Source: Bacteroidota bacterium | GTDB taxonomy: Bacteria; Bacteroidota; Bacteroidia; NS11-12g; UBA955 | Assembly: GCA_040386935.1 (NCBI GenBank) | Contig: JAZKEQ010000013.1 | Span: forward strand, 2,399-66,398 | Direction: 5' to 3' | Length of the DNA stretch: 64,000 nt | Shown: positions 10,084 through 19,099 of the stretch, in pieces | How positions within the stretch are numbered: the stretch's first letter is position 1 | How the letters are laid out: the number at the start of each line of letters is the position of its first letter | Program-made: the position numbers and the translations under genes | Notes under the pieces: model-generated | Database searches by the model: none | What the model saw: the letters and a program-made list of their open reading frames with translations, nothing else | What the model was told of the DNA's origin: nothing

Positions 10084-10824
10084 TTAGAAGAAAATCCCTA
10101 ACTCAAGACCGAACACATTATTAATCATCTTTGATTTTTTATCGTTCAGTATATCTGTAAAACCGTTATTGAAACGAAGACCGGCATAAAAACTTGTGTT
10201 ACCACTCAGGCGGTATTCGATACCGGCACCTAATATCATAGAGGTTCTCAGCATATTAATATTATCGCTGTGCTCATTAAAATCATAGCGATCGTTTTCG
10301 CTTGCAGTTGAAATATATTTTTCGTTGGTTGGGAAGCCCGGTTGATTTTGTACATTCTGTTCGGCAGCTGTCGTTACCTGATTGCCAATTAAAATGCCCG
10401 GTGCAATACCTACTTGTCCCCAGTAACGCATACCGTTGCTTTCGTTGGTTCTGAATTTAAAAGTCAAAGGAATTTCAATGTACTTGAGATTGTATTTATA
10501 AGTCACTTTTGAAAAATTTCCACCCACATTCGGCAAAGTTAATTTTGCAGAATCTTTCAACTTCAGTGAATTAGACATTGACGTTACATTAAGTTCAGGT
10601 GTAAAAAAGTAATTTTGATCTAACTTAATATCTGCCATTAAACCAAAAGAGAATCCAATGCCTGAGCCATCTTTCAAAACATTTGATGTTTTCGCTTTTA
10701 CAACATTTAGTCCGGGTATAATTTTAAACCCTATTCTGAAGTCTCGGTCGTCCTGTGCCTGAACATTTGAAAAGAAAAATGAAACGAGTGCCAATAAAAA
10801 TGTAGATTTAATCGTTCTATTCAT
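10084..10824 (-). CDS. outer-membrane beta-barrel protein (porin-family, OMP_b-brl_2-like)
   Basis: ORF 10084..10848 starts at TTG. I prefer the ATG at 10824 (MNRTIKSTFLLALVSFFFSNVQAQ signal peptide). Alternating beta-strand pattern, ending in ...GLELGIFF. Confidence 0.6.
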   Translation of the reverse strand: MNRTIKSTFLLALVSFFFSNVQAQDDRDFRIGFKIIPGLNVVKAKTSNVLKDGSGIGFSFGLMADIKLDQNYFFTPELNVTSMSNSLKLKDSAKLTLPNVGGNFSKVTYKYNLKYIEIPLTFKFRTNESNGMRYWGQVGIAPGILIGNQVTTAAEQNVQNQPGFPTNEKYISTASENDRYDFNEHSDNINMLRTSMILGAGIEYRLSGNTSFYAGLRFNNGFTDILNDKKSKMINNVFGLELGIFF

Positions 10825-10850
10825 GTTATTATTATTTAATTTGCACAAAA

Positions 10851-11867
10851 ATGACTAAAAATTTTAGATATTTCGCTACTCCATTTGCATTATTTATAAT
10901 TTTAATGACCGGAGCCTGTAATGACAACCGTTTAGATGTGAACGTTTCAAACATCGCTGTGAAGCTCAACATCCAACACTTTGAACACGATTTATTCGAA
11001 AACACCTTCAACGATTATGGCACAGCTAAACAAAAGTTTGGCAATTTTGCTGATGACTATACCATGGGTATATTGGGTTTTAGAGGCGACAGTGTAACAG
11101 CATTCAATCAGTTATTGCTTTACAGGCAGGATCAGAATGCGCAAAAAATGTATGGATTGGTCAAACAAAAATTTGGCAACTTTAAACCTTATGAAGACGA
11201 GTTGACCAATGCTTACAAATATTTCAAATATTATTTTCCTGAAGAGCCCATCCCTACCATCATTACATTTACCGGAAATTTTAGTTTTTATCTCAATCCT
11301 GTGGGTCAGGGGTACATCGGCATAGCGCTCGACATGCACATGGGCAGCGATTTTAAACCTTATGAATACGCAAACATTGAACAGTACTGGCGAAAAATTT
11401 TAACCCCACAAACAATCGTTCCCAATCACATGATGGCCCATGCCAATGATTTATTTGCAGCCACTAACAAAGGGGAAACATTTGCCGACCACATGGTGTA
11501 CTATGGTAAATTGCTTTATTTTCTGGATGCAACAGTTCCGGGTGCAGCAGATGAAAATAAAATAGGCATGACAAAAGCAGAATTGGAATGGTGCAAGCGT
11601 GAAGAAAAAAGCATTTGGGCGTTTATCGTCAAGGAAAAAATGCTGTACGAAACCGAGTCGAAACGCTACGAAAAATTATTAAACGAAGGACCTAAAACTG
11701 TTATGAGCGGTGTGCCTCCTGATGCACCGGCTATGCTGGGCCGCTATATTGGATGGATGATGGTTCGACAATTAATGAACGAAAACAAAGACATTACGCT
11801 TCCCGAATTAATGAAAAACGACAATGCCAAGTCCATTATTCAGCAAAGCGGTTATAAGCCTGAATAA
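10851..11867 (+). CDS. gldB: gliding motility lipoprotein GldB
   Basis: 338 aa with a lipoprotein signal (LMTGAC). The early ...IAVKLNIQHFEHDLFE segment, the size, and the position next to nadE fit GldB as I recall it from Flavobacterium johnsoniae. Confidence 0.6.
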   Translation: MTKNFRYFATPFALFIILMTGACNDNRLDVNVSNIAVKLNIQHFEHDLFENTFNDYGTAKQKFGNFADDYTMGILGFRGDSVTAFNQLLLYRQDQNAQKMYGLVKQKFGNFKPYEDELTNAYKYFKYYFPEEPIPTIITFTGNFSFYLNPVGQGYIGIALDMHMGSDFKPYEYANIEQYWRKILTPQTIVPNHMMAHANDLFAATNKGETFADHMVYYGKLLYFLDATVPGAADENKIGMTKAELEWCKREEKSIWAFIVKEKMLYETESKRYEKLLNEGPKTVMSGVPPDAPAMLGRYIGWMMVRQLMNENKDITLPELMKNDNAKSIIQQSGYKPE

Positions 11868-11955
11868 AACTAATAGCGTTGGAATAAAAAATAACTTATT
11901 TAAATCTATTTAGATTGTAATTTGTTATTAAATTTGCAGTACTTATTCTGCTGAA

Positions 11956-13242
11956 ATGCAACCCAATTTACCGGATTCCTCATTGCCAAGAATAGTGATT
12001 GTTGGCGGGGGTTTTGGAGGATTAAAACTCGCTTCAAAATTAAAAAACGCTCCTTTTCAGGTGGTGTTACTGGACAAAAATAATTTCCATCAGTTCCAAC
12101 CTTTATTTTACCAGGTGGCCACTGCCGGATTAGAACCCAGCGCTATCTCATTTCCATTCAGAAAAATATTCCAAAAATTCAAGAATTTCCACTTCAGGGA
12201 AACCTATGTCAAAAACATCAGAAGTGAAGAACAAATACTTGAGTGCAGTATAGGGAATATCCACTACGATTATCTGGTACTGGCGCTTGGCACCGATACT
12301 AACTTTTACAAAATCGACTCTATTGCATCAAACGGTTTGCCAATGAAAACTGTTGCCGAAGCACTTAAAATTAGAAATGTAGTGCTAGAAAATTTTGAAT
12401 ATGCACTCGTATCCGAAAACCCTGATGAACTCAATAAAAATTTGGATGTGATTGTTGTTGGAGGCGGCCCTACTGGCGTTGAGCTTGCCGGTGCTTTAGC
12501 TGACTTGCGCAATGATGTATTACCCAAAGATTATCCTGAAATAGATTTCAGTAAAATGAATATTCATTTGATTGAAGCAGGTCCAAGGGTATTGGCCGCC
12601 ATGACAGAAAAGGCCGGACGTTTTGCAACAAGTTATTTGAAAAAACTGAATATCAATGTCAAATGTGGCATAAGTGTCAAAGAGTTCAATAATCACGAAG
12701 CATTACTTTCAGACGGCAGTACGATAAAAGCCAAAACACTGATATGGGCAGCCGGTGTAGCGGCTAACCGCGTAGCAGGTTTACCCGATACAAGTTATGG
12801 TCCCGCAGGTCGCTTATTGGTTAACAATGTGAATCAGGTACAAGGTGTTAAAAATGTGTATGCCATAGGCGATACCTGTTATATGACAGAAGACAAATAC
12901 CCAAAAGGACATCCACAGGTGGCACAGGTGGCAATTCAGCAAGCCAACCTTTTGTCAAAAAATATCGTCCTTATACAGAACATGCAAACACCACGCCCCT
13001 TCCAATACAATGACAAAGGCAGTATGGCCACTATCGGCCGTAATTTGGCTGTTGTCGATTTGCCGTTCTGGTCATTTGGCGGAACATTTGCATGGCTCAC
13101 CTGGATGCTGGTCCATTTAATGTCGATAGTTGGGGTAAAAAACCGATTTTTTATTTTCGTAAACTGGACCTGGAGCTATTTTACAAAGGATCAGTCGCTG
13201 CGACTTCTGATACGCCCAAAAACTAAGCAATCTTTTAGTTGA
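11956..13242 (+). CDS. ndh: type II NADH dehydrogenase (NAD(P)/FAD-dependent oxidoreductase)
   Basis: 428 aa with two Rossmann GxGxxG motifs (IVIVGGGFGG; VVGGGPTGVELAG), AIGD near the C-terminal third, and a C-terminal hydrophobic tail. Confidence 0.85.
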   Translation: MQPNLPDSSLPRIVIVGGGFGGLKLASKLKNAPFQVVLLDKNNFHQFQPLFYQVATAGLEPSAISFPFRKIFQKFKNFHFRETYVKNIRSEEQILECSIGNIHYDYLVLALGTDTNFYKIDSIASNGLPMKTVAEALKIRNVVLENFEYALVSENPDELNKNLDVIVVGGGPTGVELAGALADLRNDVLPKDYPEIDFSKMNIHLIEAGPRVLAAMTEKAGRFATSYLKKLNINVKCGISVKEFNNHEALLSDGSTIKAKTLIWAAGVAANRVAGLPDTSYGPAGRLLVNNVNQVQGVKNVYAIGDTCYMTEDKYPKGHPQVAQVAIQQANLLSKNIVLIQNMQTPRPFQYNDKGSMATIGRNLAVVDLPFWSFGGTFAWLTWMLVHLMSIVGVKNRFFIFVNWTWSYFTKDQSLRLLIRPKTKQSFS

Positions 13243-13261
13243 TATTTTAAAAAAAAGTAGT

Positions 13262-14191
13262 ATGTTTGAATTAAGAATGAATAGTTTTAGAACCGGTTTA
13301 TTGAGCACCTGTCTGTTTGCCTACTCCTCAGTGTGGGGGCAGAGCGAGAACTATTTTGACTTCTCTCCGAAATGGAAAAAAGGCGATAAATTTGTTTATC
13401 AATTAGCCGAAACCAAGTTTAAACAAAATCCATACGGTCAATATCTGTACATTCAATACGATACCAGTTACATGATTTTTAATGTGGCTGATAAGAACGA
13501 TAGTAATATTCTCGTTAACATGAATTATTCCGATGGTTATTACAATGGCATACCAACCAATGATGTAATGAGAGCACCGGATTTGCTGCAAACCGAAACG
13601 TATCAATTGGTATTCAATACCAAAGGTGAATTTATAGAACTGGCTAACTGGGAAAATTTTGCACGCATCCTCATTAACAATATTAAAGTGGAATATTCCA
13701 ACAATCAATTGGATTCCAATACGCTGAAATATTTTTATGTGTATTATCACAATCAGGAAAACGTGGAGAAAACAGTATTGGCAAGAGTATTGGAGCTTAC
13801 CGATTTATATGGAAAGGTTTACAATGCAGAAACCAATTACAGCATCGCTAAAGAAATCATCAATCCTTTCGGTGGCATGAACCTCATGAAATCCGGTTCA
13901 TTTAAAGCTTATAAAGATAACAAGGTAAAGAACTCTATTTTCTTTAGAGGGCAATTGACCACCAATTACGATGAGAATGAAGCGTTACAGGAAGATTATT
14001 ACGCATTTATCAATGCCGAAAAACCTGAAACATTTGTTGAAGCTGCGCCATATATCTATATACAAGATACTTATGAGTACCAGTTTGGCACCATCAATAA
14101 AAGTATCATTCAGTACAATACTACCCACACAGTTTATTTGGGTAATGACAAACAGGGTCTTGACAGAACCTACAAACTAATGAGTTTTTAA
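13262..14191 (+). CDS. hypothetical secreted protein
   Basis: 309 aa with a signal-like N-terminus (LLSTCLFAYSSVWGQ). N/Y-rich, with no recognisable motif. Sits 19 nt after ndh. Confidence 0.5.
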   Translation: MFELRMNSFRTGLLSTCLFAYSSVWGQSENYFDFSPKWKKGDKFVYQLAETKFKQNPYGQYLYIQYDTSYMIFNVADKNDSNILVNMNYSDGYYNGIPTNDVMRAPDLLQTETYQLVFNTKGEFIELANWENFARILINNIKVEYSNNQLDSNTLKYFYVYYHNQENVEKTVLARVLELTDLYGKVYNAETNYSIAKEIINPFGGMNLMKSGSFKAYKDNKVKNSIFFRGQLTTNYDENEALQEDYYAFINAEKPETFVEAAPYIYIQDTYEYQFGTINKSIIQYNTTHTVYLGNDKQGLDRTYKLMSF

Positions 14192-14205
14192 TTACTTTTG
14201 CGTTT

Positions 14206-15648
14206 ATGCGCAATAACCGTTCGATAAGTATAACACTACTCATAGTTGGTATACTTTATTGTTTTTTATTTTTCCAAAGTCAGGGAATTGAAGGCGGTCA
14301 GGACAGTTGGAAACATTTCATAGATTCTAAATATGCGCTAAAACACCCCTCGCTTTTACTCGACCAATGGAATAAACCTGTTTTCACCTGGACCACCCTA
14401 TTCATCTGCCAGATTGGAATGTCTGCTATGGTGATTTTTAATTTAATTTGTGTCTTATTTTCAGGTGCATTATTGGCGATAGCGCTACAGAAAAAACAAG
14501 TAGACAATGCCTGGCTGGTGATCCCTTTTTTGGCCTTCTGCCCCATCGTATTTGGCAATGTTATTTCCTGCTTAACCGAACCACTGAATATATTACTGTT
14601 GAGCATTGTGCTGTATTTATGGCTGACCGACCGTTACAAATGGGCCGTTATCATTGCCTCGTTTCTACCCTATGTGCGCACCGAAGGATTTGTGATATGC
14701 GGAGCCATTGTATTAATCATTTTATACATGCGTCAATTCAAACTATTGTTATGGTTGAGCATTGGCAGCATCGCCATGAATATTGCGGGATTTGCTTTAA
14801 CGGGTGAGCCATTTTGGATCATTACTTCTAACCCTTATCTCAAATTTGAGCAGGAAGGACAATTTGACCCGGGGTCAGGCGGCTTATTGTATTACGTGAA
14901 TCAGGCTAGGGCCTTATTCGGATTGCCATTGTTACTGTTATTTGTACTAACCAATATATGGTGTTTATGGTTGCTCATCAAGAAACGGGCATTGACCATG
15001 ATGCCATCAGTGGTATTGATATTGTTAATTTTCTGGTTCTATTTTGGCGCCCATACCATGATTTATTACCTCGGTATTTTGGGCAGCCATGGGCTGGTGA
15101 GAGTGATGGCTGTGATAGGACCATGTATTGCGATTGGCGCCTTGTATGGATTTAACAACATCATGCACTTAATGCCTGAGACGAGATTAACTAAATGGAT
15201 TTTACCCTTATTCATTACATTGGCTGTGATGCATGTGGGTTATAAAGAAAATAAGTATGCTAAGCCTTATCACCCTACAGAAGCTACAGTAAAGAAAGAC
15301 AAGACATTGACCAACTTTGAAGCGGCTAAAGATTGGTTGATTGCAAACAAACTGCAATCGCGCACACTCATCCACCAATTGCCTGCCTTCAATGTTTGGT
15401 TGAACAAAGACCCTTATGATGCCGCCTCGAGTTATTATGTATGGAGTATTAACAAACCTGACGACTGGGCAGCTAAAGGGGTAATAGTAGTTTGGGATGG
15501 TTTTTACAGCACCCGCGAGGGCAATATGCCATTGGATTGGCTAATGACCAACCCCAATTATAAATTGCTTCACAGCATTGAGGGATACGAAAAACCTGCG
15601 GACAATCCGACCATTTACGATGTGCATATTTTTGAAAAAATAAACTGA
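14206..15648 (+). CDS. polytopic membrane protein with C-terminal soluble domain (possibly a GT-C-type glycosyltransferase)
   Basis: 480 aa with about 11 predicted TM helices followed by roughly 130 soluble residues. The first extracytoplasmic loop carries an acidic motif (GGQDSWKHF), as in GT-C enzymes. The assignment is weak. Confidence 0.45.
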   Translation: MRNNRSISITLLIVGILYCFLFFQSQGIEGGQDSWKHFIDSKYALKHPSLLLDQWNKPVFTWTTLFICQIGMSAMVIFNLICVLFSGALLAIALQKKQVDNAWLVIPFLAFCPIVFGNVISCLTEPLNILLLSIVLYLWLTDRYKWAVIIASFLPYVRTEGFVICGAIVLIILYMRQFKLLLWLSIGSIAMNIAGFALTGEPFWIITSNPYLKFEQEGQFDPGSGGLLYYVNQARALFGLPLLLLFVLTNIWCLWLLIKKRALTMMPSVVLILLIFWFYFGAHTMIYYLGILGSHGLVRVMAVIGPCIAIGALYGFNNIMHLMPETRLTKWILPLFITLAVMHVGYKENKYAKPYHPTEATVKKDKTLTNFEAAKDWLIANKLQSRTLIHQLPAFNVWLNKDPYDAASSYYVWSINKPDDWAAKGVIVVWDGFYSTREGNMPLDWLMTNPNYKLLHSIEGYEKPADNPTIYDVHIFEKIN

Positions 15649-15686
15649 CAGTAGTTTACCTTTCTTACTATTTGCTATTAATCCCT

Positions 15687-17183
15687 ATGCAACATTTAAA
15701 GAAAATAATCTTCCTCTTGTTATGCTTGCAAGGATTAGCCTTGTACTCACAAAAGTATTCTGATAGTTTTTACAAGAACATTCCTGTTCATCAATATTAT
15801 TCTAAATTTAAAGGAGAAATAAAATATGACGAGTATTTTAAACCCACTTACTATATCAATAACAAAGAGGTCAGTCGCAGCGAATATAACAAAAACTGCA
15901 ATCAAGGAGAATGCTGCCCTTGCCTTTATCAATCATACAATGACAGTGATGTATTAGTTTATGAAGCCGTTACTTGTGGTGAATGTGCTATTGGGAAGTA
16001 TTCTGAATTTTACAACAATGGAAAAATAAAAGTAAGGGGGCAATACGAAACTACAAACCAAAAAAATTTTAACAAACTGTATAAAAGTGGCAACTGCTCA
16101 ATAAAAAACGGCCAATGGGTATATTATAAAGACAATGGAGATACTGCCTACTCTGAATTTTGGGATAATGATAAATTTATTAAACAAGTCCCTGAACAAA
16201 ACAAAACGGAAATTTGGAAAACCGAATTGATGTTTAATAACAATATACCTTACAATAACGACACATTGACGCCAGAAAAAATCAAACAATTAACTATTCA
16301 TAATTTTTTCAAGAACAAATCTCAGGACAGTTTGGATTTAAAATTTGAATTTTATTTTGCTAAACCTATGTTAAACAATCACTATAGTATTTTTTTAAAA
16401 GCAGACAGCCTCCAATTTTTTGACATAAGACAATACTTAATAGACAATGGTTTTTACAAAACCGGGTTCGGAATATTGTCTGGATTAGCTATCTACAATG
16501 GAGATAAAAGATTAAGAGGATATGATATTAGATTGAATGTTGATTTACCTGAAATGCCAAGTCAAGCAAGAATTAATACCATTAAGCACTTCCCTCGCCA
16601 AGATATTTATCTCATCAATTCATTTAATCCTAAAAAACGCAAAAAAATTTCATTTACATTCGAAACTGAGTTAGATTATGACGACAAATTAGTAGACTCA
16701 TTAATTAACTCACAATCGCACGCCTATAATGGTCAAATACTTCATATTGATTCTGCTAATGTTCTATTTAGACTCTATTCGGAAAGTTTTAATTCTATTA
16801 ACAAATTTGGAGTGTATACTTCAACTTATAAATATTACAACTATTACCTTTCAGACAATTACGATGATTCAATATACACTGTGAATCTTAACCCCAAGCA
16901 ATTAACCAATATATATTACACAAGCGCATCACGAAATACTTTTAGATCAATTGGGTATGGAATAACTATCGCTTCAGCCATCACAACATTTATAGTTGCT
17001 CCACTAGCCAGCATCAATTTCAATAATGGGAATTTCAACAAGAATCGTTTTTATAGTATTGCAGGCTCCGGCTTAATTGGCATATCTGTTGGCATTCCTC
17101 TTATCGTATTGGGAAGGGAAAGGTACTATAATCTAACCACACCAAACGGAATAAAGGACAAAAACTACTGGTACCTCAAGTAG
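15687..17183 (+). CDS. hypothetical protein with signal peptide, MORN-variant (YwqK-like) repeats and two C-terminal TM helices
   Basis: ORF 15672..17183 starts at TTG, with an ATG at 15687 (MQHLKKIIFLLLCLQGLALYSQ). Repeats GKYSEFYNNGKIKVRGQYE and NGQWVYYKDNGDTAYSEFWDNDKF. Hydrophobic segments lie near the C-terminus. Confidence 0.5.
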   Translation: MQHLKKIIFLLLCLQGLALYSQKYSDSFYKNIPVHQYYSKFKGEIKYDEYFKPTYYINNKEVSRSEYNKNCNQGECCPCLYQSYNDSDVLVYEAVTCGECAIGKYSEFYNNGKIKVRGQYETTNQKNFNKLYKSGNCSIKNGQWVYYKDNGDTAYSEFWDNDKFIKQVPEQNKTEIWKTELMFNNNIPYNNDTLTPEKIKQLTIHNFFKNKSQDSLDLKFEFYFAKPMLNNHYSIFLKADSLQFFDIRQYLIDNGFYKTGFGILSGLAIYNGDKRLRGYDIRLNVDLPEMPSQARINTIKHFPRQDIYLINSFNPKKRKKISFTFETELDYDDKLVDSLINSQSHAYNGQILHIDSANVLFRLYSESFNSINKFGVYTSTYKYYNYYLSDNYDDSIYTVNLNPKQLTNIYYTSASRNTFRSIGYGITIASAITTFIVAPLASINFNNGNFNKNRFYSIAGSGLIGISVGIPLIVLGRERYYNLTTPNGIKDKNYWYLK

Positions 17184-17610
17184 TCCTTTTTTTCAATGAC
17201 TGCCAGTAGCGCTTGCCATAACCGCAGAAAATCTCCTCACCTGCTTTGATGTTTCTGGTAGCCACTAAACAAACTTTTTGACTCTCATCAATTGTGATAA
17301 CGGTGTTATTTTTTGCCCTGGTTACTGCCGCCCCTTCTGCATCGTTGGCAAATTTGGCAAAGCAGTCAACATGCTTTGAATCCATGATATCGCCATTGAT
17401 CATGCTCACAAAATAGGCATCGTCATTATTTTTACTGCGACTATCGGCCTCTTCGTTGCTCAAAATTTCACCTTTAAAGAGGGAAACGATTTCATTTTTA
17501 TAAATGCTTATGGCAGTAAACAGTCCTTGTCCTGCATCAGCAATGGTGGATGTTTCGGTATACAAATAATCGGATTCAGGAGCGTCTATTTTTTCAGGTA
17601 CTTCAGTCAT
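17176..17610 (-). CDS. SET domain-containing protein (putative protein-lysine methyltransferase)
   Basis: 144 aa. DAGQGLFTA..I.KNEIV..FKGEI, FANDA and ATRNIKAGEEIFCGYGKRYW follow the SET-domain core and post-SET-like pattern. Confidence 0.7.
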   Translation of the reverse strand: MTEVPEKIDAPESDYLYTETSTIADAGQGLFTAISIYKNEIVSLFKGEILSNEEADSRSKNNDDAYFVSMINGDIMDSKHVDCFAKFANDAEGAAVTRAKNNTVITIDESQKVCLVATRNIKAGEEIFCGYGKRYWQSLKKRTT

Positions 17611-17708
17611 GTAAACGAGGGGCGCAAGATTACGACCAATTTACGAGAAACCTGTTTTTTTATTCTGTAATAAAGAACTAGTATTGTAATACATCTAAAA
17701 AATCCAAC

Positions 17709-17945
17709 ATGGAACTCATCACACTCAAAACCTTTAACTCCATCATTGAAGCCCATGTACTCAAGTCAAAGCTGGAAAGTGAAGACATTCATTGCTTTTT
17801 AAAAGACGAAACCATGATGGGCATCAATCCCTTGTTCAATATTTCACTGGGTGGGGTAAAGCTGATGATCAATAAGGAGGATTCTGAAAAGGCGTTGGAG
17901 ATTTTAAAGCAGATAGAAAGCTCAGAAGACAATTATGTAGACTAA
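17709..17945 (+). CDS. DUF2007-like small protein (putative signal-transducing protein)
   Basis: 78 aa. Pattern ...IEAHVLKSKLESEDIHCFLKDE....INP......VKLMI...D.EKA..IL. Confidence 0.5.
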   Translation: MELITLKTFNSIIEAHVLKSKLESEDIHCFLKDETMMGINPLFNISLGGVKLMINKEDSEKALEILKQIESSEDNYVD

Positions 17946-17949
17946 TGTT

Positions 17950-18519
17950 ATGACTGATTTAGAGCGTTGCATCCAAAGCTATTTCGGAATTCAACCCGAG
18001 GATTTAAAAACCATTGGCCAATTATTTCAAAAAAGTACACTAAAGAAAGGTGATTATTATATAAAAAGTGGTCACTCTTGCGACAAATTGAGTTTCATAC
18101 AATCAGGTTTAATCAGAATATACACTACTGCCAATGATAAAGAAGTAACCCAATGGATTTCTACGCCTGGCTATTTTGTTACAGATCTGGCCGGACTGCT
18201 GTTTGATTCTCCGGCACGCTGGAACATTCAAGCCATTACTGATGCAGACATTTATACAATTTCTAAAAAAGATTACATTAGAATAGGACAAATCATTCCA
18301 CAGTGGCATGAATTAGAAAAAAGATTTATTGCAAAGTGTTTCACCATTCTTGAAGATAGGATTTTCAGCCATTTATCAATGAGTGCAGAAGAACGCTATG
18401 CTGTATTTTTTGAAACAAACAAAAACCTATTCAATCAGGTACCCCTACAATACATTGCCTCGATGTTGGGAATGACACCTGAAACCTTCAGTAGAATTAG
18501 AAGAAAGCATTTGCAATAA
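17950..18519 (+). CDS. Crp/Fnr family transcriptional regulator
   Basis: 189 aa with a cNMP-binding-like N-terminal barrel (LKKGDYYIKSGHSCDKLSFIQSGLIRIY) and a C-terminal HTH (VPLQYIASMLGMTPETFSRIRRK). Confidence 0.8.
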   Translation: MTDLERCIQSYFGIQPEDLKTIGQLFQKSTLKKGDYYIKSGHSCDKLSFIQSGLIRIYTTANDKEVTQWISTPGYFVTDLAGLLFDSPARWNIQAITDADIYTISKKDYIRIGQIIPQWHELEKRFIAKCFTILEDRIFSHLSMSAEERYAVFFETNKNLFNQVPLQYIASMLGMTPETFSRIRRKHLQ

Positions 18520-18591
18520 TTTCTTGATATTTATCAAGTGTTCCTCCTTTCTTTTGTATGCAATTTTGTGACATCAAATAGATACAACTTT

Positions 18592-19029
18592 ATGTCACAA
18601 ACAATTAAAACTCAGATTATCATTCAGGCAACACCTGAAAAGGTTTGGCAAATGCTTACTAATTTTGAAAATTATCCACTTTGGAATCCATTCATTAAGT
18701 CTATTTCAGGAGATAAAACAGTTGGGGCAATCCTTGAGGCTCGTATAGAACCTCCTGGTGCTAGCGGCATGACATTCAAACCAAAGGTTTTGGCTTTTAC
18801 TCCAAACAAGGAATTTAGATGGCTTGGCCATTTTATTATTCCGGGATTATTTGATGGAGAACATCAATTTATAATAACAGATAATGGCGATGGCAGTATA
18901 ACTTTCCAACAGAATGAAAATTTTAAAGGTCTATTAGTCCCATTTTTCAAAAAACTACTTTCACAAAATACACCTGAAGGATTTAGACAAATGAATGAAG
19001 CATTAAAATCCATAGTTGAATCAAAATAA
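18592..19029 (+). CDS. SRPBCC domain protein (polyketide cyclase/dehydrase-like)
   Basis: ORF 18538..19029. I prefer the ATG at 18592 (MSQTIKTQIIIQATPEKVWQMLTNFENYPLWNPFI), a typical SRPBCC N-terminus. Confidence 0.65.
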   Translation: MSQTIKTQIIIQATPEKVWQMLTNFENYPLWNPFIKSISGDKTVGAILEARIEPPGASGMTFKPKVLAFTPNKEFRWLGHFIIPGLFDGEHQFIITDNGDGSITFQQNENFKGLLVPFFKKLLSQNTPEGFRQMNEALKSIVESK

Positions 19030-19099
19030 TTTTCAATGATTCATTTTTTTATCGATTTGGCTCAACAAATTTGAATATAACTCAATACATTTGTCTCTT

